Counted from the first letter of the stretch, positions 11,932-24,400 are shown. The stretch: 64,000 bases of DNA from Neoechinorhynchus agilis (GCA_051530055.1 CM121342.1:8341412-8405411); one strand, 5' to 3'. The notes: generated by a model from the sequence alone, not told the origin. Made by a program: numbers and translations.

Positions 11932-12990
11932 TCCGATATGTGGAATATGCGCTGCTAACCTACCACGAGGATAGTGAGGTCGACACAATCGAAGAAAAGC
12001 TAAATTCAATGGATTTAGCAGGTCGCATCAAGGTTACTCGGGATAAACCAAGTGACTATCTACCGTTCCTGAACCTCTTGGTGAATGACTCACTAACAAG
12101 AACATGGTACAGGAAGCCATGCAAGAAAGATCTGGTCCTTCATCGTGAGTCTCACCATCCATGGATCATCAAGCAATCTATCTTCACAGAAATGTGGAAA
12201 ACAGCAAGGATATGTGCTTCGACGGATCATGGAAAACACGAGGCGGAGGAGCGGATAAAGCGACTGTTCGCTGGTAATGGGTATTCCAGCAAGGACATTA
12301 CCAGGTTGACGACCGTCGATGAAAGATTCAAGACTGAAGTCAAGAAAGCGTCGCGGCAATGCAAGTTAAAAGCGCGAGTTGTCCACAGGATAGGGCCATC
12401 ACTCAGACAGATTTTGACGCAGACCGAGCACCACGAGGATCAAAATCGTTGTCCGAAGGCATGTCTGATGTGCCACCATTGCAGCCCCTCAAGGAACGAA
12501 GAAGGACGATTCCTCGGACCGTCTTGCCAATCAACATGCGTGGTATATAGGATGTTGTGCCGGCTATGCAAGGACGAAGGACGGACAACGTCCTACGTTG
12601 GCAAGACGGAAAGAACATTACGTTCACGTGTGACGGAACACGTGCGTAATGCGCGCAATCCGACAGCTCCGTCATACCGATCGACCCCATGGGCTACCCA
12701 TTTCGCTACTTCTCACGTTGGTGCCAGCCCAGCCTTCGAGATTGAGGTGATGCACAAGGCATCCGATCCGGTGGATCTCTCGATTGCCGAAGCGCTATGC
12801 ATTAATCGTGAGAGAGTAGTGGGATTGAGTGGGGTTACGAGCAGCAAGGACGGACACATTGAGGCATAGGGGATGCTCAATAAGAGGGATGAGCTGACGG
12901 ACAGCGTTGCCCTCCTCTGATTCCCTTTTCAGACAACCGAAGAAAAGCTTCCTGACGAAGACGCAAGGCGTCGAAAATTTGAAGCAATAA
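11932..12990 (+). mobile_element. Penelope-like element, 3' part (RT thumb + GIY-YIG) with pLTR hammerhead
   Basis: FRYVEYAL, LPFLNLLV..WYRKPCKKDLVLHRESHHP and VVYRMLC..YVGKTERTLRSRVTEH. Confidence 0.9.
12947..12985 (+). ncRNA. Minimal type I hammerhead ribozyme (PLE type)
   Basis: GCTTC CTGACGA A GACGC-aag-GCGTC GAAA ATTT GAAGC: stem I, core, stem II and palindromic mini stem III. Confidence 0.8.
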
Positions 12991-13079
12991 ACAAATAAAG
13001 CACCCATTTTCCGTTCGATAATAAATCTGGAATAAACATGAGGGTGTTGGGAAAATAGGCTTTCCATAATATTATATGA

Positions 13080-13900
13080 TGTACCGAACAGAGACGCCCT
13101 CCTAATAGCCGGTGACTCCAATGCGATTTTACCGCATTCCGAAAGATCGCTATATGTGTTGAAAGGCGAGAATCGGAACATCCAGTACTTGGTTGAGGCG
13201 CTGGAGCGGCATGATATCGTGTCTGTTAACACTTTATTCCGGAAGCGTCCGTGGCGCTTGGCGACGTTTATGGGTCAAAAGAATCCGTCCAAACATGCCA
13301 TGGGAAAAATCCCAAGAGACGCTTAGCTCAGCTTGACCATATATTGTTGAGACGTAAGGAAAAATTACTGGTCAAAAACGCTGACAAATTCGCAGTTGAT
13401 GGGCTGCCAACCGACCACAAGTTGGTGATGTGTCAGTTGAGCATGAGTGACTCGTTGTTCCGTACGCCTCAACATCCTCGACATCCGTTCTATGGCGCCT
13501 TCGCTAATGAAAATAAGGGGAGAGTTTGATATCGAACTAGAGAATCAACTGAGTTCGATGCCAGCTGCTGAAACGGATATTGATTTTTGTTACAAGTCAA
13601 TCTGCGACGCAATGACCAAAGCGGCCGAGAAAACCCTCCAAAAAATGAGACGTATAAAAGCTGCAAAGGTTATATGGGAGGAGGACTGTGAAATTATGGC
13701 AATGGCTGAGCAGATCAAAACTCTAATAAAAAGAGGAAAATGATCTGAGGCTCGCATTGCAAGTCTTGAACATGCCAACCTCTATAATGAAAAGCAAAAA
13801 GCTTCGATAGAGGATGCAGTTCGCGGGATCGAATATAAGGAAGGTTTGTTGGTCCCTCCTTAGCATGGAGAGCGATAAACACTCTTACAGGAAGATCCCA
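13080..13900 (+). mobile_element. RTE-like LINE apurinic endonuclease fragment
   Basis: LLIAGDSNA..VNTLFRKRPWRLATF, QLDHILLRRK and PTDHKLV motifs with frameshifts. Confidence 0.75.
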
Positions 13901-14299
13901 AAGACAGCCAACTTTGATTGAAGGTCCCTCCCCGGAAATCAGAAAAAAGAGAATCGCAAATTATTTTGCGGAAATTCTCAATTCGCCATTATCGTCTTTG
14001 GAAGACGCCTAAAATTTCATCCACGGATATTGGAAAATCAAATCCGATTTATTGGAATCTTTCTCTTATTGTAGATCTCTAAATCTAAAAGTAAACAATT
14101 TAAATAATGCCTCCAGCTGTATCTCGCCTAAAATTAACTAAAATACATCATCGCTGAAAAATGAATTGTTGAGTGGGCCTTTAGAATTATCGCAACGCTT
14201 GGATTATCAATGCAAGTTTAACATTCAAACGATTCGAATTACCGATATCGATTTTCAAACTAACGTAATCTATTATCAGCACTCATCACATTACTTTAC

Positions 14300-14981
14300 T
14301 TATGCTACGTTAAGGGCCATGAAAGATTCTTGTTGACATTGAACGTGAGTTTGAGTAAAATCCGAAATGGAACTTGGTAAGATTCCCATCACTGAACATC
14401 GATAGAGCGTTATAGCCAAAGATATTGAATTTCCGATTAAATAGACAAGTTTAGGAAGCCATTGATCAGTCTGTCCTGTGCCGATTACTTCGGCGTTATC
14501 CCGCGAAAGGGGTGATTTATTGTTATCGATAGTAGCAAATGCTTGATTGACTTGGAACAAAGCTTGGATCTGCCTGACTAACATCATAGTAAGCATGATC
14601 AAAGGAATAAGAGAAATTGAACTTCCGGACATGAACATAATGAACAGATTCATTGGGATCTGCTTTACAGGAGCCAATGCAACCTCCCATCTACAGACGC
14701 TTTGATTTTAATTCAAGAAATACGATTAAAAGCAGGCGCCAAGGACGTTTGCTAAGAAGTTTTTGTTTCTGGGACTGAATCCCAGTTGATGGAACAGGAG
14801 GGTTAGATCGTTTACTGTCGGCTTCGTATAAATGAGAAGAATGTCCAAGTCTTATGTTACTAACGGGATACTCTGCATGGATTACTCGCTCGACGCTTTT
14901 AGTGCTCGGTTTACTGTAAAAGTTAAAACGCCATTTTCGAGATCGAAGAATGCCTTCTTCTTTTGTTACTTCAGTTCTCAT
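14300..14981 (-). CDS. EMC4: ER membrane complex subunit 4
   Basis: VPSTGIQSQKQKLLSKRP|WEVALAPVKQIPMNLFIMFMSGSSIS..WLPKLVYLIGN..LYRCSVMGILP matches the EMC4 family. Confidence 0.9.
14689..14740 (-). other. Non-canonical stem-ended intron in EMC4 (GG...AT, 52 nt)
   Basis: No in-phase GT-AG pair joins KR to WEVAL. GGCGC/GCGTC and TTTTAAT/ATTAAAA pair across the ends. Confidence 0.7.
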
Positions 14982-16108
14982 TTTGACCCTTCTTTGAAGT
15001 TAATCTGCAAAAAAATAAGAAATTTTAAAAGATTAGACAATGGATTTTTGAGAATGCGACCATTGAAATTGCTGATGACACGGGATTCGAACTTGCAATC
15101 GAAGTTGAGTAGAACGTCGTTTATCATCCGCGAATTAATTGGGACCAAACACCATTCGAATACGAGATTTTTTCAGAAAAACCCAAACCCCAATGCGATT
15201 TATACAGTTTTTTAAGCTAAACTTCAAATATCAAAGTTCTTAACACTTTGGGAGAAGTGATTTTCTAAAAACCACAACTTGGAGTAGAATTACATAATTT
15301 AAGCTTTATTGTTGAAAATAATCACTTTTCTTTTTGCCACTGTACACCTTCGTTTTTTCGCCAGTCCCAGATTCTTTTCTAGCAAAAGTAGTTGAGTAGG
15401 ACAGCGATCCGAATAAAATTGACGTTCCGGATAATCGATGTTCCAGTGTACTAATAAATATAGAACGGCTCATAAGTGCTTTAATTTAACTTAAGACTTT
15501 CATTAAATTTAGAAACTGTACTATATGTGGTGATCGCCGGATTAGGAAATATTTTGAATTGAGACAATCCGAAGGAGTTTTACAAAAAACCTACGAAGCT
15601 TTCTCGTTCGAAATATCTCGATTCAAAACATGTTTTACGTCGATAAAAGTGCGACCGAAACAACAGACAATTCTTCCGTATGAAACCGATTACAATGACA
15701 AGATTGATTTATTCGAAAGGAAATCACGGGCATGGGATTACAATGGTGCCATTAATATTGCTGTGATGTAGATACGATGGCCACACACTTTGGTTAATGC
15801 TATATCAACCGTACATTAAATACTGCGATGATCGATTATACAGCGCAGTATATAATTTATTTTATTTATCCTTACAGTCAGACGTACGCATGGTTCTGTT
15901 CTTCAGATTGATTGATTGGTCTTGCGACTTCTTCTTTTGAACCTCTCGGCTATATTCCTTTTTGTGAGCCTTTCGGCTGACCTGTACACATTGGAGGCGC
16001 TTAGCCGCACTCGAAGGGACAGGGCCAAAAAACTTTTTGGGACCGATGGGTGATCTCAAACCTGACCCTCACCCTTCCAGCAGCCTCGCACACGCGTGGA
16101 ACCCAGCG

Positions 16109-16176
16109 ACCGGTGGCGTTGAAACTTCGACATATCAAGCGCATTATGAACGCGCACACCACACGGCCGCTGGGCC
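16109..16176 (+). repeat. 68-bp GC-rich direct repeat, copy 1 (copy 2 at 17098-17165)
   Basis: ACCGGTGGCGTTGAAACTTCGAC...CGGCCGCTGGGCC; 2 mismatches between copies. Confidence 0.9.
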
Positions 16177-17199
16177 ATTTTATAGTGAAACCTTATTGCC
16201 CTTTAAATATTGCATTCTGTTAAGTCGAAAAATTCGTATCAAATGGAAACGTCGAACTCCTACACTGATCAAATCGTTTTACTCGTTCGTAAAAAAATCA
16301 AAATTTAATAATAGGTTTGGAGCGGCTTTTATGTGTTTTATTTAAGCCGAGGAAATATTTTCTTGGAAAACAAAAATACCCTACTTATTAAGACTTACAA
16401 TGGGAAATAGAGATTTTTGTCTAAAGAACTAATTATTGATCTTATAAAATACTTCTTCAGATTCCAGCCATATGATTAAGTTTTATAATTTTAAAAATGC
16501 ACACTTGAGGGCTTGGTCGGGCAGTTGTAAAGATAGAAAGGAAAATCTTTATTTCAGAGAACTTTCCCCGTTTTACAGCAAAGGCGCATGGAGATGTGAA
16601 GGGTGCGTTAAAGTAGCGACATTGAAGTGTGAAAAGTTCGTTCCACCGCCTCTTGAGCAGTTCTTTAGCTCTCGTTCGTATTGTCTGCGGAACATCCCTT
16701 CCCCTACAAACCTCTCATGATTGTATCAGTAGACGATCAAATAAAATTAATTTCATTTTTGAAAGACGACGCACTCAGAAACTGATCGTATAAGATTTTT
16801 ACGAACTTGCGATTTCATTTAATACTATTGTCGAAAATGCGTCGAAGGCAAAACCAAATTCAAACAAAGCATCTATGATTTTTCCTTAAGACTCACAAGT
16901 TGATCTTTGAACGAAATACGTCAATGCTCGCTTCCAATTTGCTAACCTTTCTGCTGGCCCTTTCTCGTAAATTAAAGGACCAGCGATTGCATTAGGCATT
17001 AATCGAAGATTATTTTCATATACAGCGTTAATGTTTCCCTCTGGGACAATTGTTTGTTTTTTTTTGTTTACTGTTTTATATGCCTCCTGATAAAATCACC
17101 GGTGGCGTTGAAACTTCGACATATCAAGCGCATTGTTAACGCGCACACCACACGGCCGCTGGGCCCTGTATGTTTGTGTAGTGGTTTTTCAATTAAGCT

Positions 17200-18750
17200 G
17201 ATGGACAAAACATTCAAACCCGATATTTTTGAAGCAAACTCAGATGCTGCTGACGGAGCCATAAGTTGGACGCACTGGAAACGGCGGTTCAACAAATATA
17301 TTGCAACCTTGAGGGATCTCGAGCCAACAGACAAATTGGATCTCCTTATAAATATGATATCGCCGAAGGAGCCATGGAGCGTCTCGACCCAAAATGACAG
17401 CTCGATCGATCAATACATACAAACGTTAGAGAATCTCAGCATGGACTGCACCTTTGAACCTCTGTCACTGATTCAACACAAGAAAATTATTATGAGAGAC
17501 GCGTTCGTCACCGGACTACGCTCACCATTCGTTCGCCAAAGAATTCTTAAAAGCACTAATCTCAATCTATATGAAGTATATGCGAAAGCACGGTCGCTCG
17601 AAATGGCACAGATCCAGGCAGCAAGCTACAATAATGAAGGTGAGCACAGTACCCAGATAGTTTCCAAAATTAGCTCACTTATCGAACAAGCAAACGACAC
17701 GGCGGATATTAGTGAACCGAACGTAGCAGCTATCACAAAGTCGTGCTTTTTCTGCAATCAATCGTGGCAGTCTCGAACACGTTGTCCGGCCAGAAATGTT
17801 ATTCACCACAGTTGCTCATGCAGATCACGGAACGGATCAGGTCAGCATAAAGCAAAAGCGATCATCGTGGACCGTGACTCTGAAAATGGTCTAACAATGA
17901 TCTCTGCAACAACTGGGAAATCATCAAACCTGAGCAAGGCAGAAATCGAGGCTAAGCTGAACGGTATAATCTTGAAAGGATTGATAGATACAGGAAGTTC
18001 AGAAAATTTCATCGACGACTCGTTTGCGCATTCATTGAATCTACCGATGGAACCATGCCTGGAACGAGTTTCTCTGGCTGCATCGAGCAAATGTTCTGTT
18101 GTGAACAATACGTGTCAAGCTAATGTATGGATCGGAAAGCAAAATCATAATCAGGTCAGATTCCTTTGTTTGAAAAACAATTGCCATGACATCTTCCTCG
18201 GGCATCCATTCATGTCCAAGCGTCAAACTGTCGAGCCAAGTCATTCTCCATGGAGAGCTCAGATAGTCATCGTGACAGGCAATACTGGTAAGCGCCGAAT
18301 GGTCATCGACTATGGACAAACCATTATTCGGTTCACTGTTCTCGACGCCTACCCACGAACAGACTCTTTAGTTCAGATTTATAGCAAAATTGACATGCGC
18401 ACAGCATATCATCAGTTATCGCTTCAGAGGATTGATCGTCCATACACATCATTTGGAGAAGACGGGAAACTTTATCAAATTTTCGAGTACCGTTTGGTTT
18501 GACAAATGCTCCTGTTGCATTTCAACGGGCAATCAATGAGATCATATCGCTCTATAAGCTTACGGACGTTTTCGCTTACTTGGACTACCTCGTTGAGTGT
18601 GGGATGTCGATAGAAGAACACGACCAAAATACAAAAAATTATTCAACAAAAAGAGTTCGAAAACATCCACACCATCGGTCTGGATCACTCAGCTGCGGTC
18701 CTGGTGTAATGGTCGAAAGCACAGATCCAGTGCTCCCTTCCGTTCCATAG
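17200..18750 (+). mobile_element. Degenerate Ty3/Gypsy LTR retrotransposon gag-protease-RT
   Basis: WTHWKRRF, RDAFVTGL, CFFC zinc knuckle, LIDTGSSENFI, SPWRAQIVIV..RMVIDY, SKIDMRTAYHQL, TNAPVAFQR and AYLD. Confidence 0.9.
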
Positions 18751-18759
18751 GCAGACTTT

Positions 18760-19270
18760 TGTTTCAGTCTCTTAGACAATTGATTTACGAGGCCCTGCGC
18801 CGCGTTATCAAACGACCCCAAGTGTCAAGACCTCAAAGGAAACGAAATATCGCTTTAATTTCCTTTATCTTAGTTTTGCCATCGCAGGGATTCAAAAATT
18901 CACTAATTTATTTCCGATATTTCTTGGACGAGCCTTGGGAAAATGTCGAAAAATTCCCCGGGTGGCACAACTAAGAAAAAGAAAGTATCTTTCCCCCCTT
19001 CCGTCGAAGATAATAATCCAAGATATCCCCGTTCCTCGGAACTTTCCGTCTGATCGTCGACAGACGAGACCATGGTGTCCCGATGGTTCCATGGTCGCTC
19101 CGAAACGGCAGTGATTCGATATGAACATCGGTACTTCAAGTCTCAGGGACACTGCGATACTTACTGTTTCGTCGGAGAGAAGAGCTTTAAGCCAAGCACT
19201 CGATTCTCTAGTAGAGACGTCCGCCAATCGAGTTCGATTGGCCAGGTCACGAGAATCTGAAACTAAAAAG
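18760..19270 (-). mobile_element. CRE-clade RLE fragment
   Basis: SSAWLKAL..IAVSLRL..CRFG..GHHGLVCRRSDGK; C-terminal part resembles 5007-5230. Confidence 0.75.
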
Positions 19271-19496
19271 TTATTCTTTTTACGACCATTGACTGGTTCC
19301 TACTCGCTACCGGAACTTTGCAATCTTGAAAGTGGGATTCTAAGGGCTGTTCGTTTCTACCGGTTGTACCTTCGAAATTGCTAAGAATTGTCCGTCAATA
19401 CGTAATTTGCTAAACGCAAACATCATTACGGACCCTTTATACGGAACGAAGATATACCGAAAGGATAAATCTAATGATACTGAGAAACTACCGTAT

Positions 19497-19569
19497 GCCC
19501 GGTTAGCTCAATCGGTAGAGCGTGGGACTTTTAATCCCAAGGTCGTGGGTTCGAGCCCCACATCGGGCG
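19497..19569 (+). tRNA. tRNA-Lys (TTT)
   Basis: GCCCGGTTAGCTCAATCGGTAGAGCGTGGGACTTTTAATCCCAAGG..GGTTCGAGCCCCACATCGGGCG. Confidence 0.96.
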
Positions 19570-19746
19570 GCAGAGTCTCAACCCCGCATACTTTTTTTCG
19601 AAAAACACAGTACGCTCGCAATGTCGATCAGAACGGCAATCAAATTAATTTTTTCCGAACAGATTAGGCCTGATTGGGGCCCAAGTTTCGATTCAGATAG
19701 AAGCTCCCTCCACAAAGTCTGCAAAACTCTTTATTCCTAGACAATT

Positions 19747-20115
19747 TTACTCCTTGTCACATTCATCGTCTGAATCCTTCTCCTCACCGCCGGGGCACGT
19801 CCTAAGACAGGTTTGTATGAGAGTTTTTCCCGCATTTGATTTGATCATCGGTTTAAGCCGATCAGTGGCAAACGTGTAGACATGACCGGTCTCACTTGCG
19901 ACCAGAAGCATCACTTCTGTTCCGGTCAAGGTGGCCAGTTCATACGCTTTTTTCATGAGACCAGCTTTTCTCTTGCTAAAAGTCGTCGCCCTCCGCGATT
20001 TATCCGCTATTAAACACATTTCGATCTTTACACGTCCTCTCGTCTTTTTGGCCACTACAGGAATGTCATCGTTGGATTCCGCTGCCCGTTTATTATTACT
20101 ATTTGGCGCTGCCAT
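19747..20115 (-). CDS. SRF: Serum response factor (MADS-box), 122 aa, intronless
   Basis: KKTRGRVKIEM..RRATTFSKRKAGLMKKAYELATLTGTEVMLLVASETGHVYTFAT..GKTLIQTCL (animal SRF MADS+SAM signature). Confidence 0.95.
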   Translation of the reverse strand: MAAPNSNNKRAAESNDDIPVVAKKTRGRVKIEMCLIADKSRRATTFSKRKAGLMKKAYELATLTGTEVMLLVASETGHVYTFATDRLKPMIKSNAGKTLIQTCLRTCPGGEEKDSDDECDKE

Positions 20116-20761
20116 TGCCGTAAAATGCGACGGAGCCGTAGTGCCGAACCAATTATCGCTACATAAAACAAGGTATTTTCGGCACTTCTCTTAGGTAACG
20201 TCATCACTCCTTCGTGCGGCAATCCAAAAGATTCCTCAGAACGGGAAAAAGCTCATTACGGATGAGTCGAAATCAATAAAAGGACCATTGGCATGTTCAT
20301 GAATAGAAAATTCGAAAGAGGAAAATCCATTTTTATTTTCCATCCTAAAAAATAATACCCAAGTATCCACATATGTTTGCTCTGTCGTCACTCTTAAAAA
20401 TACGTAAATTCGGTAAAATAAGGATTATTGAAAGGAATCGCATTTAAAAAATCGAGCCTGTTATTTTCCCGGGTCTCACAGTTCAGTTGGCCTGAGGTTT
20501 TACATTATTATTGATTGCCGCTTTATCCATGAGTTACTTCTTGGAACCTCGCGTTCATCTCACTTTTAAGCGAATAAATCAAAGGATTTAAGAAAAAGAA
20601 TATCGTAAGTAAGGAAACTTGCAATAGCTATTTGAATTTTAAATTCCCACATTTTGTCTCTCGCTGCAATCTGCTTAGCTGAATATCCCAAAGATTATTA
20701 ATTGACGCGATTGGAAATTAAGATTAAGGCATCTTTAAAGTGTAAAATGAGAATTTTTTTA

Positions 20762-21187
20762 TCAGTCTTCGTCCAAAAGAAGTTCGTCTTTCAATATGTC
20801 TTCAAATAAAACAACGCCCAAAAGACGAAGCATTTCGGGCATAAACTCTTCTTTTTCTTTTGCACAAATCTCTTTATAGCGAGCAAAATCGATTGGTTCG
20901 AAGGATTGATCCAGGGACGATAACAAAGTCCCTGGGCAATCGTTTCCATTTCTTAAAATTTGATCTACTTCCTCTTCCATCTCCGTCGTCTCTTCTGGTG
21001 TTAACTCCCAACTTTCATTTTCATAACTGGATCGCTCTTGGCTCCCCGAAGAAGCTCCAATAATCTTTTCTTGTTTCTCTTGATCCATCACAGTCTTATT
21101 ATCTTCGTCAGACTCGTCTAGCAAATTTAAATCTTTGGATTTTATTGACTCAGAAGAGTAAAGAACAATGGAAAAAAGTATCACCAT
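20762..21187 (-). CDS. Unknown acidic protein (possibly a terminal exon)
   Basis: 141-codon D/E-rich ORF; no family recognised. Confidence 0.4.
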   Translation of the reverse strand: MVILFSIVLYSSESIKSKDLNLLDESDEDNKTVMDQEKQEKIIGASSGSQERSSYENESWELTPEETTEMEEEVDQILRNGNDCPGTLLSSLDQSFEPIDFARYKEICAKEKEEFMPEMLRLLGVVLFEDILKDELLLDED

Positions 21188-21519
21188 GACGACCGCTTAT
21201 TGACGCCTCGGTCCAAAAAGTCTACAACAAGTAAATTTTATTCATTTGGCCAAGTTGTCTGACCTGCAGAAAACTTCAAAGTTGATTTTGATAAAGATTT
21301 CGTAATAGCTTAAAATATAATTTGCTTTATTTAATCTTTCTGTCCCTTAAGTGCGAATGACGACCTCAGTTAATTGAATTTGACCTTTAAATTTATTTAT
21401 CTTGAGTATCGTTTTTTGTTGGTCAGTAATTTTGATTTTCGAAAACGTGTACTCATTTTCCATCAATTCTTCAAAATCTATTAAGTTTTTTTTGGGAAAT
21501 CCAGACGTTTTTGGTTTTT

Positions 21520-21828
21520 GGTGATTTAAAACGTTTCATTATAAAACTGGCATTGATTATCCCGGCGGTATTTAACAGTTCATTTTTCAGAGATGATGTA
21601 TTTTAGTTAATTTTAGGCGACATAGAGCTGGAGGCATTATTTACATTGTTTACTTTTAGATTTGGAGATTTACAATAAGAGAAAGATTCCAATAAATCGG
21701 ATTTGATTTTCCAATATCCGTGGATGAAATTTTGAACGTCGGTGTTAGTATAGTGGTGAGTATACCCGCCTGTCACGCGGGTGACCGGGGTTCGATTCCC
21801 CGACACCGAGATCGAATCTTTAAAAGAC
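21520..21828 (+). repeat. About 310-bp tRNA-Asp cassette, duplicated at 40801-41109
   Basis: Near-identical upstream flank, tRNA and trailer in both copies. Confidence 0.93.
21739..21810 (+). tRNA. tRNA-Asp (GTC)
   Basis: TCGGTGTTAGTATAGTGGTGAGTATACCCGCCTGTCACGCGGGTGACCGGGGTTCGATTCCCCGACACCGAG followed by a T4 terminator. Confidence 0.96.
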
Positions 21829-22128
21829 GTTCATTGACATTTGTACGACCCAAATAGAGTTATATTTAAATCAATAAATTCTTAATTTCATTCATTTTCT
21901 CCTATCGACAAATAGTTGATTTATTTGCCTAAATTGGGCGGCAATCTAAAATGTGAGGTTGGGAGATACAAAACAGGTCACAATATCCGCATCGAGTTCA
22001 CTAGCTCATTCCTCTTGTTGTCGATGAGGTGCATCCTCCCTGATCCTCCGATTCGAACCCATCGCCTCTCCCGAAATCACCGCCGTCGCTATCGCTAAAT
22101 CCACCGGGTCTCGGGTTTTATAAATGAT

Positions 22129-22395
22129 GTTGAAAAGATAATTCATTGTTATTTGTTGATAGGAGAGATAAATGAAATTAAGATTTTATTGGATATTTCG
22201 ATCCACTATCTCGGCAGACCAACAATTTCACCCGACGGATGAAGGAACACGAATCATCAGTTGTTCGCAACACGGGTATTAGTTCCGCAGCGGTGGCCCA
22301 TGCAAAAAACACAGGGCACACTATTAATTTTAGTGCCGCTACAACGATCGAAATATCCAATAAAATCTTAATTTCATTAATCTCTCCTATCAACA
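22129..22395. mobile_element. 267-bp inverted-pLTR PLE insert with 12-bp TSD
   Basis: TSD TTTATAAATGAT at 22117-22128 and 22396-22407; 50-bp inverted arms (49/50); interior GQTNNFTRRMKEH. Confidence 0.85.
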
Positions 22396-24400
22396 TTTAT
22401 AAATGATCTCGGTAGAGAGGTTCACCTCGCCATCTGAATGGCACCGCGAATGATGTTCCGCCCAAGGTGTGGCTTTTGGCGAACTCTCGCACTACGAACA
22501 TGTTCCGTGTAACTCGTTTGTACAGCGGTCGCTCCGTCTTCCCAATGAATGTGATATAACGCCATTTCCTTCTTCTTAGGCAACGTTCGCAGATTATCTT
22601 ATACAAAACGTTGCGTTCTCTCCACACCGCGCAGCACCATATCGACCCCTCCTGTCCTTGTCTGGCGCAAATCTGGAATGAACTTGGTGCTTCATGATGT
22701 CTCCGGTTAACCAGACGAACATCCAATCCAGCTCTTGATAGCAGTCGTCTTATGTTGTTCGTAAATTGCTCGCTAACGAATGGAATCTTCAGAATGGTCT
22801 TTAGTTTTTGACGATTCCTCTCGAGATCATCAACTATTCGCTGGCTAGCATTTTCCGGGCGTACTTGAAGTCTTCTGATCTCCTGACCTGAGTATCCATT
22901 CTGAGCCAACAATTCATTGATTTCCTGAACTGCCAATCGTTCCGCATCTACCGATGATGAGCACGTCCGTGCAGTCCGATGCATCTGAACGTAGATCGTC
23001 TGTTTTATCATTTAAGGGTGATGAGAATCTCGATGCATGAAGATGGCCTTCTTGCACCGCTTGCGGTACCAACTGTATTCGTTTATATCATTGGCGTTGA
23101 AACATAGATTCAGGGACGACAGGTAATCCGCTGCCCCGGGTAACTCTGATACGCCTAGCCGAATCCATCCAATCCACCGGGACTCCACGTCATTCCCTTC
23201 ACTCTCCTCTTTGTAGGTGAACAAAACATCATCCACATAGCGGAGATAAATTTGAAAATGATAGCTAAGGCTGGAGCTAAACTATTTCCCAATTGATAAT
23301 CCGCCGATCTAGCAGTATATCTGGTTGCCACATTGGAAAAGGTTGCAATCCAAAACCATCCGGCTGAGGCGAATCACATCGAGATTGATATCCTCTCCGC
23401 ACTCTCCCAACCTTCTCTTCAGTGCTCTGGTTCCTGCTTCGTTGTCCACATTCATATAAAGCGATTCGATATCGAAGGACATGACGTGGCTACCCATTTC
23501 AAGTAGTCCCTCGACATTTCTTACATATGAGGCTGTCCTCTGAATCAACGGACTGACCGCCATTGCCAAGAGCCGAGATATCCTGTAGGTAGGTTCGTTA
23601 ACAGCCGAAATTATCGGGCGACATTTTAATAAATTTGCGGTCGTTGTTGTAATCGGGACAATTGGCATTTTGTACGTCTTAGCCATTGTATACATTACTG
23701 GAATGCGCAATAGTCCGCGTGTAAAGCCGTTCATACCTCTCAGATTTCTAACGGCAATCACTTCTCGAAGGCCATGATTCAGCTGCTTTCTCTTCGATTC
23801 GGTATCGTCTTTATCCTCTCGCTTGTACGAACTATCATCACTCAATATCTCGTCCATCATTGCGGATTCAACACTTCCGTTTATTGCCACTAAATCACTA
23901 CCCCTGCCGCTCATACGTATTTGAATCGTTTTATCTTTGATTTTCTCCTTAATCGAAATCAGCGCCTGCCGCTCGCCTCTCGATATGTTTGACTTATGCC
24001 TCTGTCCAATGTGAAGATTCATCAAAACCTCGATTTCCTCTCTTATCATTAGCAGTTGCCTTTCTGTATGATCATTTGCCTCAGGATCTGCTACCATTTG
24101 TTTCTCAGTCTAAGCGTGGTCTTGACTTCCATAATTGTTTCGATTCTCTGCTATCATCCGTGATCGGCAAAGCCGCATTTTCGCTATTCTATTTCGACGC
24201 TCTCACTCGCAACTGATAACTCAAACGGGCGATATCGACTTGAAGCTGGAAAACATCTATTTGTGTGAGTTTCCTAATCGGCGCGAAGCATGTTCCTCGG
24301 GAGAGGAATCTGCGTTCCTCGATATTCAGTATGTCAAGCGGTGTGCATGCCATTCTATCATTATCATTAAGAAGCGGAATCGTGGGTAAGGTAACTTTAA

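Noticed and set aside
14829-14870. Possible in-frame intron in EMC4 exon 1
   Set aside because: Both a GT-AG (39 nt) and an AG-AC (36 nt) solution fit and there is no clear stem, so it is uninformative.
21603-21806. ORF MSGNRTPVTRVTGG (also at 40884) and ORFs at 28776 and 33750
   Set aside because: These are readings through tRNA-Asp or tRNA-Gly genes.
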